From positions 448,001-512,000 of the forward strand of contig JAWLHJ010000001.1 of the NCBI GenBank assembly GCA_041690395.1: DNA of 64,000 nt, given 5' to 3'. The DNA is from Longimicrobiales bacterium (GTDB lineage: Bacteria > Gemmatimonadota > Gemmatimonadetes > Longimicrobiales > Gaopeijiaceae). Below are positions 18,331-28,296 of the stretch, piece after piece. Position numbers and translations under genes: made by a program. Under the pieces are notes generated by a model. The model ran no database searches and was not told where the DNA came from. It was given only the letters and a program-made list of their open reading frames with translations. Each line of letters begins with the position of its first letter. Within the stretch, counting starts at the first letter, position 1.

Positions 18331-20144
18331 TCTCCCTCCTCTTCCCATTCCGGCTGGTCTTCCTTCGCGAGAAGGAAAGGACCCACCACGAGATAGTCGA
18401 TATGCGTGCGCATGAAGCAGCGATACGAGTCCTCAGGGGTGCAGACGATCGGCTCGCCTCGGACGTTGAATGAGGTGTTCACCAAGACGGGACAGCCGGT
18501 GCGGTTCTCGAAAGCCTTCAGCAGATCATAGTAGTCGGGGCTCGTATCTCGACTCACCGTCTGCACACGGGCCGAGTAGTCAATGTGCGTCACCGCGGGG
18601 ATATCGGACCTCGGCACGTTCAACTGCTCGATCCCCCAGAGCTTCTTGTGCTCATCCGTCATAGGGATCTGACGCTCCTCCTTAACGGGAGCCACGAGGA
18701 GCATATAGGGAGAGTCGGTGTCCATTTCGAAGTACTCATGAACACGCTCCCTGAGAACGCTGGGCGCGAATGGTCGGAAGCTCTCGCGGAACTTGATCTT
18801 CAGGTTCATGTCCGCTTGCATCTTGAGGCTACGTGGATCACCCAGGATACTCCGGGCTCCGAGTGCACGCGGCCCGAATTCGTTTCGACCGTTGTGCCAG
18901 CCGACGATCTTACCGTCAGCGAGATGCTCGGCCACACGCTCATTGAGCTCTGTGCGCTCTAGCCGCTCGTACTTTGCGCCCAACCGGTCCATGCGCGTGC
19001 GGATCTCGGTCTCGGAGAACCCCGGCCCCAGGTAGGAGCCCTTCATCGAATCCTTCCCGGCGGTTACGTGCCGTGGCTGAGCCAGGTGGCGATGCCAGAT
19101 CAACTGAGCTACGCCGAGACTACCCCCAGCGTCGCCCGCGGCTGGCTGGATCCAGATGTTTTCGAAGGGACCCTCCCTCAGGATACGCCCGTTGCCCACA
19201 CAGTTCAGGGCCACACCGCCCGCCAGACAGAGGTTGGGAAGCCCAGTCTCCGTGTGAATGGTACGGGTCATCCGGAGCATGATCTCTTCACACACGTCCT
19301 GCACTGACCGGGCCAAGTCCATCTCGCGCTGGGTGAGACGGGTTTCCGGCTTCCGCGGAGGACCTCCGAAGAGCTCGTCGAACGCACCGTTCGTCATGGT
19401 GAGGCCCTTCAGATAGTTGAAGTACCTCTGGTCCATCGTGAACGAGCCGTCTTCCTTCAGGTCGATGAGCTTGTCCAAGATGACGTCGACGTATTTCGGC
19501 TCGCCGTAAGGGGCTAGGCCCATCACCTTGTACTCACCCGAGTTCACCTTGAATCCCGTGTAGTACGTGAACGCGGAATAGAGTAGTCCGAGTGAGTCGG
19601 GCCAGTGCAACTCCTTCAGGATTTCGAGGTCATTCCCACGCCCGACGCCCATAGAGGCGGTAGCCCATTCTCCGACGCCATCCATGGTCAGGATAGCGGC
19701 TTCCTCGAAAGGCGAAGGGAAGAACGCACTGGCGGCATGGGATTCGTGATGCTCGCTGAAAAGGATTTGTCCGTCGTAACCCAGTGGCTCCCGGATCTCC
19801 CGCTCCATGAAGAGCTTCTCCTTGATCCAGAGCGGTCCAGCCATCAGGAACGAACGGAAGCCTCTCGGGGCGACACCCAGATAGGTTTCTAGGATACGCT
19901 CAAACTTGAGCAAGGGCTTGTCGTAAAAGCCAACATACTCGAGGTCTTCTACGCCGATGCCAGCAAAGTCGAGGCAGAAGTCCACCGCGTTTCGCGGGAA
20001 CGACGCATCGGCCTTGATTCGGGTGAAGCGATCCTCAGAGGCAGCTGCGAATATCTCCCCATCCTTCAAGAGACAGGCGGCGCTGTCATGAAAGAAGGCA
20101 GATATTCCAAGGACGTACATGGGGCGGTTTTCCGGGCCCGTCAT
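18303..20144 (-). CDS. NodU/CmcH (SxtI-like) O-carbamoyltransferase
   Basis: LGISAFFHDSAA, EHHESHAAS, DGVGE, GEYKVMGLAPYG, AGGVALNC, EFGPRALG and NTSFNVRGEP motifs. Confidence 0.93.
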   Translation of the reverse strand: MTGPENRPMYVLGISAFFHDSAACLLKDGEIFAAASEDRFTRIKADASFPRNAVDFCLDFAGIGVEDLEYVGFYDKPLLKFERILETYLGVAPRGFRSFLMAGPLWIKEKLFMEREIREPLGYDGQILFSEHHESHAASAFFPSPFEEAAILTMDGVGEWATASMGVGRGNDLEILKELHWPDSLGLLYSAFTYYTGFKVNSGEYKVMGLAPYGEPKYVDVILDKLIDLKEDGSFTMDQRYFNYLKGLTMTNGAFDELFGGPPRKPETRLTQREMDLARSVQDVCEEIMLRMTRTIHTETGLPNLCLAGGVALNCVGNGRILREGPFENIWIQPAAGDAGGSLGVAQLIWHRHLAQPRHVTAGKDSMKGSYLGPGFSETEIRTRMDRLGAKYERLERTELNERVAEHLADGKIVGWHNGRNEFGPRALGARSILGDPRSLKMQADMNLKIKFRESFRPFAPSVLRERVHEYFEMDTDSPYMLLVAPVKEERQIPMTDEHKKLWGIEQLNVPRSDIPAVTHIDYSARVQTVSRDTSPDYYDLLKAFENRTGCPVLVNTSFNVRGEPIVCTPEDSYRCFMRTHIDYLVVGPFLLAKEDQPEWEEEGDWRQEFQLD

Positions 20145-20330
20145 CGTTTCTCCGTCAGGAAGAGCGCCTGCACCCGATTCCATCATAGGACCAATGGAAA
20201 GGAGCTGCGTTGAGCGATAGGGAGCAACAGGAGATGGAGCATCCCTTCAAACTAATGGGTCCGCACCCTACCGGTACCTACGACTCAACGGGACAGGACA
20301 TTGGCGCTCGGAGGGGGGGCGTGGCGGCAG

Positions 20331-20705
20331 TCAGTGCACGCTTGCCGAGGCTGGTAGCTCGTTCGATAGAAACTCAAGTCCCTGATCAACCGTCATGACG
20401 GTTGATCCACGGAACTCCAAGGCAACCCGGAGGTCGTCTGATGCGGCCACGAAGAACCGCGCCCCCGTCAGTCGCCGGAACAACTCCTCCTTGTCGTTTC
20501 CGTCGAAGTACTCGACTCCGTGCGCCTGGCACCGATCGGCCCTGACTACCGGATCCAGCCACCTGTCCAATGAGGCAAGGGAGATCCCGTTCAGGCAGAT
20601 ACCGACCGTTCCATTCCTTGAAGCCAAGTAGACCGCAGTGACGAGTCTCTCGGCTACGTCAGCCGGGAGATCCGGAGTTAGCTCCACGACTCCAATCACG
20701 TCCAT
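20331..20705 (-). CDS. Hypothetical protein (124 aa)
   Basis: MDVIGVVELTPDL... preceded by AGGAG; protein-like composition; co-directional with its neighbours. Confidence 0.55.
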   Translation of the reverse strand: MDVIGVVELTPDLPADVAERLVTAVYLASRNGTVGICLNGISLASLDRWLDPVVRADRCQAHGVEYFDGNDKEELFRRLTGARFFVAASDDLRVALEFRGSTVMTVDQGLEFLSNELPASASVH

Positions 20706-20734
20706 GCTTGCTCCTTCCGGCGTGAAAGCCGCGG

Positions 20735-21463
20735 TCACATCCACACCTTGCGGAACACCATCACCGGCAACGTCTTGGCCATGATCATGAGGTCCTCGGT
20801 CGGCGAGCTGCGCTCGATGTACTCGAGGTCCATCTCGACCTTCTTCTTGACGTCGTCGACGCTGGTGTCGTAACCGAGCGTCACCTGCGCGAGGCCGGTG
20901 ATCCCAGGCAGCACCCGCTGCCGCTCCTGATAGCGGCTGATGTTCTGCCGCAGCTCCTGGAAGATCTGGGGCTGCTCGGGTCGCGGGCCGACGATGTTCA
21001 TGTCGCCCTTGAGCACGTTGAAGAACTGCGGTAGCTCGTCGATGCGCGTGGCGCGGAGGAATGCGCCGATGGACGTGATGCGGGGGTCGTTCTTCGACGC
21101 CCACTGCTGGCCGGCCTTCGGGTCGTTCCGCATCGTGCGGAACTTGTAGATGGTGAACAGCTTCCCACCGTAGTCCACGCTCCGGCGGTAGTTCTCCGAG
21201 CCGGGACCGCGGTTACCGCGCCGGTCGACGCCCACCCGGTGCTGCTTGTAGATGACGGGGCCCGGCGAGGTCAGCTTGATGAGCACCGCGACCACGAGCA
21301 TGATGGGCGCGGTCAGGAAGATGCCGATGCTGGCGACGACGATGTTGATGCCTCGCCGTACCTGCTCACTGTAGTCGGGCTTCCGTGGGGAGCGCCCGAT
21401 CCGCGGCTCGAGGCGGAGGGGCTCGGTCGTCAGCGAGCCGGGGAATGAGCGCGAGGGCGCCAT
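20735..21463 (-). CDS. Priming sugar transferase (Bac_transf, small phosphoglycosyl transferase)
   Basis: IYKFRTM, DPRIT.IG.FLR.TRIDELPQF.NVLKGDM.IVGPRPE and PGITGLAQV motifs; start at ATG 21463 after GGAG. Confidence 0.92.
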   Translation of the reverse strand: MAPSRSFPGSLTTEPLRLEPRIGRSPRKPDYSEQVRRGINIVVASIGIFLTAPIMLVVAVLIKLTSPGPVIYKQHRVGVDRRGNRGPGSENYRRSVDYGGKLFTIYKFRTMRNDPKAGQQWASKNDPRITSIGAFLRATRIDELPQFFNVLKGDMNIVGPRPEQPQIFQELRQNISRYQERQRVLPGITGLAQVTLGYDTSVDDVKKKVEMDLEYIERSSPTEDLMIMAKTLPVMVFRKVWM

Positions 21464-21791
21464 GCTCCGGTGCTGAAGTCCCCAGTGCTTTCGAGTCGTA
21501 GAGCTGATCACGCTATGTATCGCCTCGTGGTATCGGTTCCGTGCTGTGTGCCGAACCTTTGTGCAAGGCGTGTTCACATCGGGGGCGAATGTGGACCGCA
21601 TCTCGTAAGTGCATGGTGCACAGTGATATACAGATGTTACGCTCGAGGCGCGCGGCGGCGGTTTCCCACAATCTCTGTAGGCGGTTACCTACGAGTGTGG
21701 AGGCGCTGCAACACGGCGGGGAGCGGCCTGGGGGACCGCGTGTGCGGTCAAGGCTCCGAGGGCACCAAGGAGGTAACCGACCGGAAGCGAC

Positions 21792-22889
21792 TCAGCGTCT
21801 GGCCGGACCCGGCAGCACGAAGAAGAATCGCGTCCCTTCCTCATTGGACGTGGTGAACTCCAGCTTCCCCCCCATCGCCTCCACCAACCGTCGCGCGATC
21901 GACAGCCCGACCCCGCTCCCGGAGAAGAACTCGCCGGTCTGCCCCTGACCGCGCCGCTTCTTGAACGGCTGGAACAGCTCCTTCTGCCGGTCTTCCGGAA
22001 TGCCGCGCCCCGTGTCCTGCACGTAATACTCGAGCCGGCCCTGCGGGAGCTGCTTGACGCCGATCTCGACGAGCCCCTCGTCGGTGAACTTGACGGCGTT
22101 CGTGGTGAGGTTCAGCATGACGCGTCCGAGCGCGTGCGGATGCCCTTCGGACTGGCCGTGGGCCGGAACCTCGATGCGGAGCTCGAGCTTCTTTTCCTCC
22201 ACCATGGGCCGGATCATGCGTTCGACGTTCCGGAACACCTCACTGAACCCGTACGGCGACGGCTCCTCGTCGACCAGGTCGAGCCCGCGCCGGGCCAGGT
22301 CGACGACGTCGGTTGCCACGTTGGCGAGCCCGAATGCGGCGCTGTACATGAGTCCGAGCTGGCTCCGCTGCAGATCGTTGACCTCACCGCTGTGGCCGTC
22401 GCGGAGGGTCTCCGACAGAAACAGGATCGACGTCAGCGGCGAACGGAAGTCGTGCGCGACCTCGACGAGCAACTCGAAGGCGTCGGGCCCGAGCATGCGG
22501 CTCCGGAGGTCGGAGGCGCCCGCATCGGGCGCTTGCCCGTCTTCGGATGACGGGTTCCGGTACGTGGAGCAGGCCCGCAACGCCCGCAGCACCGCATCGG
22601 TCTCGGCGTTGGCTCTGGACATCCACAACAGCTCGTGCTCCATGCGTGCGAGCAACACCTCGTCCGCACGCGTGAACGCAGGCACCGAGGCGCCAGTCGC
22701 GCCCGCCACGATCCGTCGGAGCGCGACGACCATCGTCGCGAGTCTCCGGCGGAGCCGTTCGTATTCGTCGGCGGCTCGCTCGGGGAAGTGCTCGTGGAGA
22801 CGCGCGGCCACCCGCTGGGCAGCGGTTTCGAGGACCGAAGCCTCGGAGTCGTGCCCCATCTCCACGGGGTGCGGCGTCTCGGGCGACAT
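21792..22889 (-). CDS. Cytoplasmic sensor histidine kinase
   Basis: H-box AHDFRSPL, N-box NLTTNAVKF, G1 QDTGRGI, G2 GSGVGL; no transmembrane segment. Confidence 0.9.
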   Translation of the reverse strand: MSPETPHPVEMGHDSEASVLETAAQRVAARLHEHFPERAADEYERLRRRLATMVVALRRIVAGATGASVPAFTRADEVLLARMEHELLWMSRANAETDAVLRALRACSTYRNPSSEDGQAPDAGASDLRSRMLGPDAFELLVEVAHDFRSPLTSILFLSETLRDGHSGEVNDLQRSQLGLMYSAAFGLANVATDVVDLARRGLDLVDEEPSPYGFSEVFRNVERMIRPMVEEKKLELRIEVPAHGQSEGHPHALGRVMLNLTTNAVKFTDEGLVEIGVKQLPQGRLEYYVQDTGRGIPEDRQKELFQPFKKRRGQGQTGEFFSGSGVGLSIARRLVEAMGGKLEFTTSNEEGTRFFFVLPGPARR

Positions 22890-24448
22890 CAGCCGGAGCC
22901 GCGCGACCCTTCGTGGATGGCGCGCAGCAGGCTGTCCCGCTCCATGCCGTGCTTCTCCATCAGCCGGTAGAGCGTGGTGCGGTCCACGCCGGCCATGCGG
23001 GCCGCGTCGGAGATGTTGCCTCCCGACGTGCGCACGACGTTGGTCAGGTAGTCGACCTCGAACTGCGCGAGCACCTGCTCCCGGGCGGAGTGGTAGTCCA
23101 TGTTCATGATCGACTGGGCGAAGCGCGCGGTGCCGTCGCCCTCCTGCCCGGGCTGGTCGTCGATGAACACCAGGTCGTCGGCCGCGACTTCGCCACCGGA
23201 CTCCGCCATGACCACCAGGTGCTCGATGACGTTCCGGAGCTCGCGCACGTTCCCCTTCCAGGGCGCCCGACGGAGCGCGTTCATCGCGTCGTCGGAGAAG
23301 TAGGGCGGCTTCCCTCCGTCGCGGTGCTGCTTCCAGAACTCTTCTAGGAACTGCGTCGCGAGCACGGGGATGTCTTCCGGGCGCTCGCGGAGCGGCGGGA
23401 TGTGGATGGGCACCACGCGGAGGCGGTAGTGCAGGTCCTTGCGGAGGTACCCGTCCTGGATGGCACGCATGGGATCGCGGTTGGTCGCGGCGATGAACCG
23501 TACGTTCACCACGGCGTCGGTCTTGGTGGAGCCGACGCGGCGGACCACCCCGTCCTGCAGCACCCGCAGAAGCTTCGCCTGCGTGGGGAGGGGTAGCTCG
23601 GTGAGCTCATCGAGGAAGAGTGTGCCGCCGTTCGCGACCTCGAGCAGCCCCTCCTTCTCGCGCACCGCGCCCGTGAAGGCCCCTTCCACGTGCCCGAACA
23701 TCTCCGACTCGAGGAGGTCCTCGGGGATCGCGGCGCAGTTCACCGGCACCATCTCCCGGCTCCGCCGCCGGCTGTGGAGATGGATGTACTGCGCAATGAC
23801 CTCCTTGCCCGTGCCGCTCTCCCCGGTGATGAACACCGACGCGTCGGTGCGCGCCACCTTCTCGGCCAGCGCGATGACCTTCCTGAGCGCAGCGCTCTGG
23901 CCGTAGAGCCGAACCTGGTCACTGTGGCTGTCGGAGGGACCCGACACCGAGGCCTTCCGGTTCTCCACGTCCTTGCGACTCTCGCGCGCGATGACGACCG
24001 CGTGGGCCGCCCGCCCCACGAGGATCTCGAAGTGCGTCGCCGAGAACGGCTTCGGCAGATAGTCCCACGCCCCGGCACGAAGTGCCGTGACGCTCGACTC
24101 CACCGACGGGTTCCCCGTCATGACGATGACGATGGTGTCCGGATGCGTCTCGAGCGTGGCCTCGAGTAGCTCCAGCCCGGAGACCTGCGCCATGTAGAGG
24201 TCGAAGAGCGCGATGTCGAAGCGCCGGTTCTTCACCAGCCGGAGCGCGTCGTCACCCCGCCCGTTCACCGTTACGTTGAACCCTTCGCTCCGGAGCAGAG
24301 ATGCACAGCTTTCGCGGAGCGAATGCTCGTCGTCGACCACCAGCACCTCGATGGAGCTCCGCACCTCGGGATCGACCGCGACGAGGTCCAGGTCGGGTCC
24401 AGAGGGCGCCGGTACTCTGCCACCGGGAGCGGTGTGTCGTTGCTGCAT
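22889..24448 (-). CDS. sigma54-dependent response regulator (REC-AAA-Fis, NtrC/PrsR-like)
   Basis: VLVVDDE, GESGTGKE, GAFTGA, LFLDE, WKGNVREL and HTH GNISDAARMAGVDRTTLYR; start at ATG 24448. Confidence 0.93.
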   Translation of the reverse strand: MQQRHTAPGGRVPAPSGPDLDLVAVDPEVRSSIEVLVVDDEHSLRESCASLLRSEGFNVTVNGRGDDALRLVKNRRFDIALFDLYMAQVSGLELLEATLETHPDTIVIVMTGNPSVESSVTALRAGAWDYLPKPFSATHFEILVGRAAHAVVIARESRKDVENRKASVSGPSDSHSDQVRLYGQSAALRKVIALAEKVARTDASVFITGESGTGKEVIAQYIHLHSRRRSREMVPVNCAAIPEDLLESEMFGHVEGAFTGAVREKEGLLEVANGGTLFLDELTELPLPTQAKLLRVLQDGVVRRVGSTKTDAVVNVRFIAATNRDPMRAIQDGYLRKDLHYRLRVVPIHIPPLRERPEDIPVLATQFLEEFWKQHRDGGKPPYFSDDAMNALRRAPWKGNVRELRNVIEHLVVMAESGGEVAADDLVFIDDQPGQEGDGTARFAQSIMNMDYHSAREQVLAQFEVDYLTNVVRTSGGNISDAARMAGVDRTTLYRLMEKHGMERDSLLRAIHEGSRGSG

Positions 24449-24514
24449 CGGTCGGCTTGGGCCTTGTGGTAGGCGGATTCGGGAGGGAGCGGGGGACTCC
24501 AATCTTCGACGACT

Positions 24515-24543
24515 GTTGCACGGATACAAGGGTTTCGTGCAAC
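24515..24543. promoter_or_regulatory. Inverted repeat, candidate enhancer (UAS) for the sigma54 activator
   Basis: GTTGCACG-N13-CGTGCAAC, about 85-115 bp upstream of the wzc sigma54 promoter. Confidence 0.45.
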
Positions 24544-24628
24544 CGAAGTGCGTCGTGACTGCTACATGTGTCCTCCTTACCACACGCGTCCGGGCCGAGG
24601 AACCCTGGCCCGGTGGGCAACGTAGGCG

Positions 24629-24643
24629 TGGCGTAGAGCTTGC
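24629..24643 (+). promoter_or_regulatory. sigma54 (-24/-12) promoter of wzc
   Basis: TGGCGT-AGAGC-TTGC (GG-N10-GC), divergent from the sigma54 activator gene. Confidence 0.65.
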
Positions 24644-24715
24644 CGACACGAGATCTTCTTTATGAGCCGTGACGGCGGCTCGACCACTCTCATCGCCCAC
24701 GGAACCCAGGCGCGC

Positions 24716-27160
24716 ATGTCCGACAACGAGCTGACTCGACGACCGAACGACCTTCCCGAAGAGAACGGGACAGGCCGCGGTCGTGCCGTGGAGCCGGAGC
24801 CGTATGCACCGATGGGGGCGCCAGCTCCCTACTATGGCGAGTTGGAGGAAGAAGGCGGAGGCATCGACCTGCGTCGCTATCTCTATGCGGTGCTGCGCTA
24901 CAAGTGGTGGGTGGTGGCTGCGGGCATCATCGGGGTCGTGGGCGCGGGAGCCGCGTGGCAGTTGACGCCGGTGGGTTATACGGCCAACGGCAGTCTCTGG
25001 CTCGAAGTGCAGCCGCAGGGCGGGGGCGGCACTGGCGACGTCACACCGATTCGCGCCAGCGGATTGCTCCAGGCGGGTGCCTGGATCGAGCTGCTGCGTT
25101 CGAACTCCGTACTCGACTCGGTGGTCGTGAAGGAGAAGCTCTACGTGAACGCGCCCATGGAGCATCGCGACGCGTTCGAGACGCTGGGCCTGGCCGACCA
25201 GTTCCGGCCCGGGCGGTACGCGCTGGAGGTCGGCTCGGATGGTCGCGCGTTTACGCTTTCCACCTCCGACGGCGTGGTGGTGCAGCGAGGTGAATTCGGC
25301 GAGGCCATCGGGGCGGACGTCGGGCTGGTCTGGCAGCCCCAGGTCGGCTCGTTCCCGCCCAACTCCGAGATCGAGTTCGCCATCATGCACCCCCGCGACG
25401 CGGGGCGGCAGCTCTCCGAGCGACTGGTCACGGGCATCGATCAACAGGGCAACTTTTTAAGCCTCTCGCTCCCGGGCCGCAATCCCGAGCAGATCGCCAG
25501 TGTGCTCAACTCGCTCATGGAGCGTCACGTCGAAGTGGCGGCCGAGCTGAAGAGCGGTCGCCTCCAGGAGACAGTGGCGATCCTCGAGGAGCAGCTGGTC
25601 TACACCGAGAACGAGCTCGCCCAGGCCGAGCAGGACCTCGAGGAGTACCGGGTCACGACCATCACCCTTCCGTCGGACCAGTCGACACCGATCTCCCCCG
25701 GGCTCGAGCAAACGCGCGATCCCGTGTTCACCAACTACTTCGACATGCAGGTCGAACTGGAGACCATCCGCCGCGATCGTGAGCAGCTCGCCGACGTCGT
25801 GGCGTCGTTCGAAAGCGAGGGCGTGCGCATCGAGGCCCTCGAGACGATCCCGTCGGTGGCCCAGTCCTCCGAGATGTCCGTCGTGCTCGACGAGCTGGTC
25901 CAGGCCCGTTCGGAGCTCCGTGCGCTCCGCGAACGGTATTCCGACGACTTCCCGCCGGTCGAGGACCTGCGCGAGCGCATCGAGACGCTCGAGACGGAGA
26001 GCGTGCCGCAGCTCGCCCGCGGCATCCTGCGTGAGATGGAGGCGCGGGAGAACCAGGTCGCGGGGCGGGTCGCGTCGGCCGGGTCCGAGCTGAGCGAGAT
26101 CCCACCCCGGACCATCGAGGAGGGGCGTCGTCGTCGCCGTGTTCAGATTACCGAGACGCTCTACAACGAGCTCCGGAGCCGGGTGGAGACCGCGCGGCTC
26201 GCCGCGGCCAGCTCGATTCCGGATGTGCGCATCCTGGACCGCGCGACCCCGCCGCAGATTCCAAGCGACGACCAGCGGATCATGTTCGCGGGCCTCGCCC
26301 TCCTGGCTTGCCTGGGCACCGCCATCGGCGGCGCCCTCCTCGTCGATCGCTTCGACAGCCGCTTCCGCTACGCAGGCGATGTGCAGAAGCAGTTCGGGCT
26401 CGACATTCTCGGGAGCATTCCCCGGATCCAGCAGGCCAAGGTGAAGGGGCGGAAGGGCGCGCTCAACACGGCTCAGGCCCTCGAGGCGTTCCGGGAGCTC
26501 CGGATTCATCTGGGCTTCGCGTACGGCTCGGCCGGGCCGGTGACCGTGGCCGTCACGAGCCCCTCGGCCGGAGAAGGGAAGTCGCTCATCTCCTCCAATC
26601 TCGCTGTGGCGTTCGCGGAGGTGGGCCGCCGCACGCTCCTCATCGACGGCGACACACGCCGGGGTGACGCGCATCGGCTGCTCGGACGCGAGCGGGTGCC
26701 CGGTCTGGTCGACTACCTCCGGGAACGCTCCGGCCACGACATCATTCAGGCCACCGACATCGAGAACCTGGATTTCATCGGTTGCGGCACCCGCGGCTCG
26801 TCGACGCCGGAGCTTCTGGCCTCGAACCGCCTCGCCAGCTTCATGGGGACGCTGAAGCGGTCGTACGACGTGATCATCGTCGACTGTCCTCCGCTCGCGG
26901 CGGGCGGCGACGCGGTCATCCTGGGGTCGCTGGTGGGGAACATGGCGTTGGTGCTCCGGACGGGCACGACGGACAAACATCTCGCGCAGGCCAAGCTCGA
27001 CCTGCTCCAACGTCTACCGATCCGGCTCCTTGGGGCGATCCTGAACGACGTCGATCCGACCGGCGGATACGACTCGTACTACTACACGACGTATTTGCCG
27101 GACTACCAGCCGATTCCGGAGGAAGAGGACGAGGAGGGGACGAAGCTGCTGTCCAGCTAA
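24716..27160 (+). CDS. wzc: Wzc-like polysaccharide co-polymerase / BY tyrosine autokinase
   Basis: IDLRRYL..V.R.KW Wzz N-terminus, coiled coil, ILDRA..P..P + TM, Walker A SPSAGEGKS, LLIDGD, DCPP and Tyr-rich tail GYDSYYYTTY. Alternative start 24662. Confidence 0.92.
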   Translation: MSDNELTRRPNDLPEENGTGRGRAVEPEPYAPMGAPAPYYGELEEEGGGIDLRRYLYAVLRYKWWVVAAGIIGVVGAGAAWQLTPVGYTANGSLWLEVQPQGGGGTGDVTPIRASGLLQAGAWIELLRSNSVLDSVVVKEKLYVNAPMEHRDAFETLGLADQFRPGRYALEVGSDGRAFTLSTSDGVVVQRGEFGEAIGADVGLVWQPQVGSFPPNSEIEFAIMHPRDAGRQLSERLVTGIDQQGNFLSLSLPGRNPEQIASVLNSLMERHVEVAAELKSGRLQETVAILEEQLVYTENELAQAEQDLEEYRVTTITLPSDQSTPISPGLEQTRDPVFTNYFDMQVELETIRRDREQLADVVASFESEGVRIEALETIPSVAQSSEMSVVLDELVQARSELRALRERYSDDFPPVEDLRERIETLETESVPQLARGILREMEARENQVAGRVASAGSELSEIPPRTIEEGRRRRRVQITETLYNELRSRVETARLAAASSIPDVRILDRATPPQIPSDDQRIMFAGLALLACLGTAIGGALLVDRFDSRFRYAGDVQKQFGLDILGSIPRIQQAKVKGRKGALNTAQALEAFRELRIHLGFAYGSAGPVTVAVTSPSAGEGKSLISSNLAVAFAEVGRRTLLIDGDTRRGDAHRLLGRERVPGLVDYLRERSGHDIIQATDIENLDFIGCGTRGSSTPELLASNRLASFMGTLKRSYDVIIVDCPPLAAGGDAVILGSLVGNMALVLRTGTTDKHLAQAKLDLLQRLPIRLLGAILNDVDPTGGYDSYYYTTYLPDYQPIPEEEDEEGTKLLSS

Positions 27161-28095
27161 GCTTCGTACGCCCTCACCCGGAAGCTTCCGTCGTCCGCCT
27201 GCGCGCGCCGGAGCGCCATGGTGGCCTTCAGCAGCAGGTCCTCGGCGCTGAGCGGATCGCTCCCGCGCACCGCGCAGAACCCGGCCCGCAGCTTCCGGAG
27301 CTCCTCGAAGCTCATCGCATCGAGTCCCTGCTCCTGCGCGACCTTCTCGGCCGCTTCCATGATGCGGTCCGCGAGACGGACGGCGCCTTTGTCGTCGGTG
27401 CCGGGGGCGACGATGACGAACTCGCCCGGTCCGAGGCGACCGACGGTGTCGGAGACGCGGGTGGTTGTCTTGAGGGCTCCGGCGACCCGCCGGGCGATCT
27501 CCTCGATGAGCGCCTGGGTGGCCGGCTGCTCCTGCTCCTCGGCGCCGAGCACGTGGGGCCCGAGGGCGATGCACGCCATGGGACGGTCGTAGCGGACGGC
27601 GTCCGCGCCGATTTCCTTGGCCCGCTTCAAGATGCCCCGCACGTTGTAGAAGCCGGTGCCGGGGTCGGTGAGCCCTTCCTCACGCGTGCGGTCGGAGTCC
27701 TGCTTGGCCCGCACGAACGTGTCCATGCGGAGGACGAGCTCGTTGGGGTCGACCGGATGCGTGAGGATGTCCCACGCCCCCGCGCCCAGCGCTTCCAGCC
27801 GCTCCGCCTTCCCCACGCTGCTCGCAGTGATCATGAGCATGGGCGTGGTGGGCTGGATGGTCGGCGACTCTCGCAGCTTCCGCAGCAGATCGATGCCGTC
27901 GATGTCCGGCAGATGCACGTCGACTATGACGGCATCGGGGTTCACCTTGGTGACGAGCTCCAGCGCCTGCTGGCCCGTATAGGCCTTGAGCACGACGTGA
28001 CCCTTCGGGCGCAGGATGCTCTCGATGGACCGCGAGGTCCATTCCTGATCGTCGACCAGGAGCACGAGTGGGGTGAACTCAGGAGCGTTGTCCAT
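27157..28095 (-). CDS. Response regulator with a degenerate GGDEF domain
   Basis: REC (LLVDD, DVHLPDIDG) followed by TDPGTGFYN... and RLGPGEF in place of RxGGDEF; the DxDxFKxxND motif is absent. Confidence 0.85.
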   Translation of the reverse strand: MDNAPEFTPLVLLVDDQEWTSRSIESILRPKGHVVLKAYTGQQALELVTKVNPDAVIVDVHLPDIDGIDLLRKLRESPTIQPTTPMLMITASSVGKAERLEALGAGAWDILTHPVDPNELVLRMDTFVRAKQDSDRTREEGLTDPGTGFYNVRGILKRAKEIGADAVRYDRPMACIALGPHVLGAEEQEQPATQALIEEIARRVAGALKTTTRVSDTVGRLGPGEFVIVAPGTDDKGAVRLADRIMEAAEKVAQEQGLDAMSFEELRKLRAGFCAVRGSDPLSAEDLLLKATMALRRAQADDGSFRVRAYEA

Positions 28096-28296
28096 GTACG
28101 CGGGGGTATCGAGTTGAGTGGCGCGCATTGCGGCCGTCACCAGGCTGGGAGTGAGTCGAGGTGACCCAGCTTGCAAGAAACGTGCGCGAAAACCGGCCTA
28201 TCATCTGGGCGTTCGGGCTGTCCCGGTTGTGGTGCTCGTGCCCGCAATTGTTGCGGACTCGCGATGTTTTTGCCGCATTCCCGAGCCCCGTTGTAC

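Noticed and set aside
17721..20144. Saxitoxin biosynthesis
   Set aside because: Only sxtIJK-like genes are present; no sxtA, sxtG or other core genes, and the context is polysaccharide.
24449..25444. N-terminal ~330 aa of the 851-aa ORF 22889..25444
   Set aside because: Overlaps wzc on the opposite strand and the promoter region; the regulator most likely starts at 24448.
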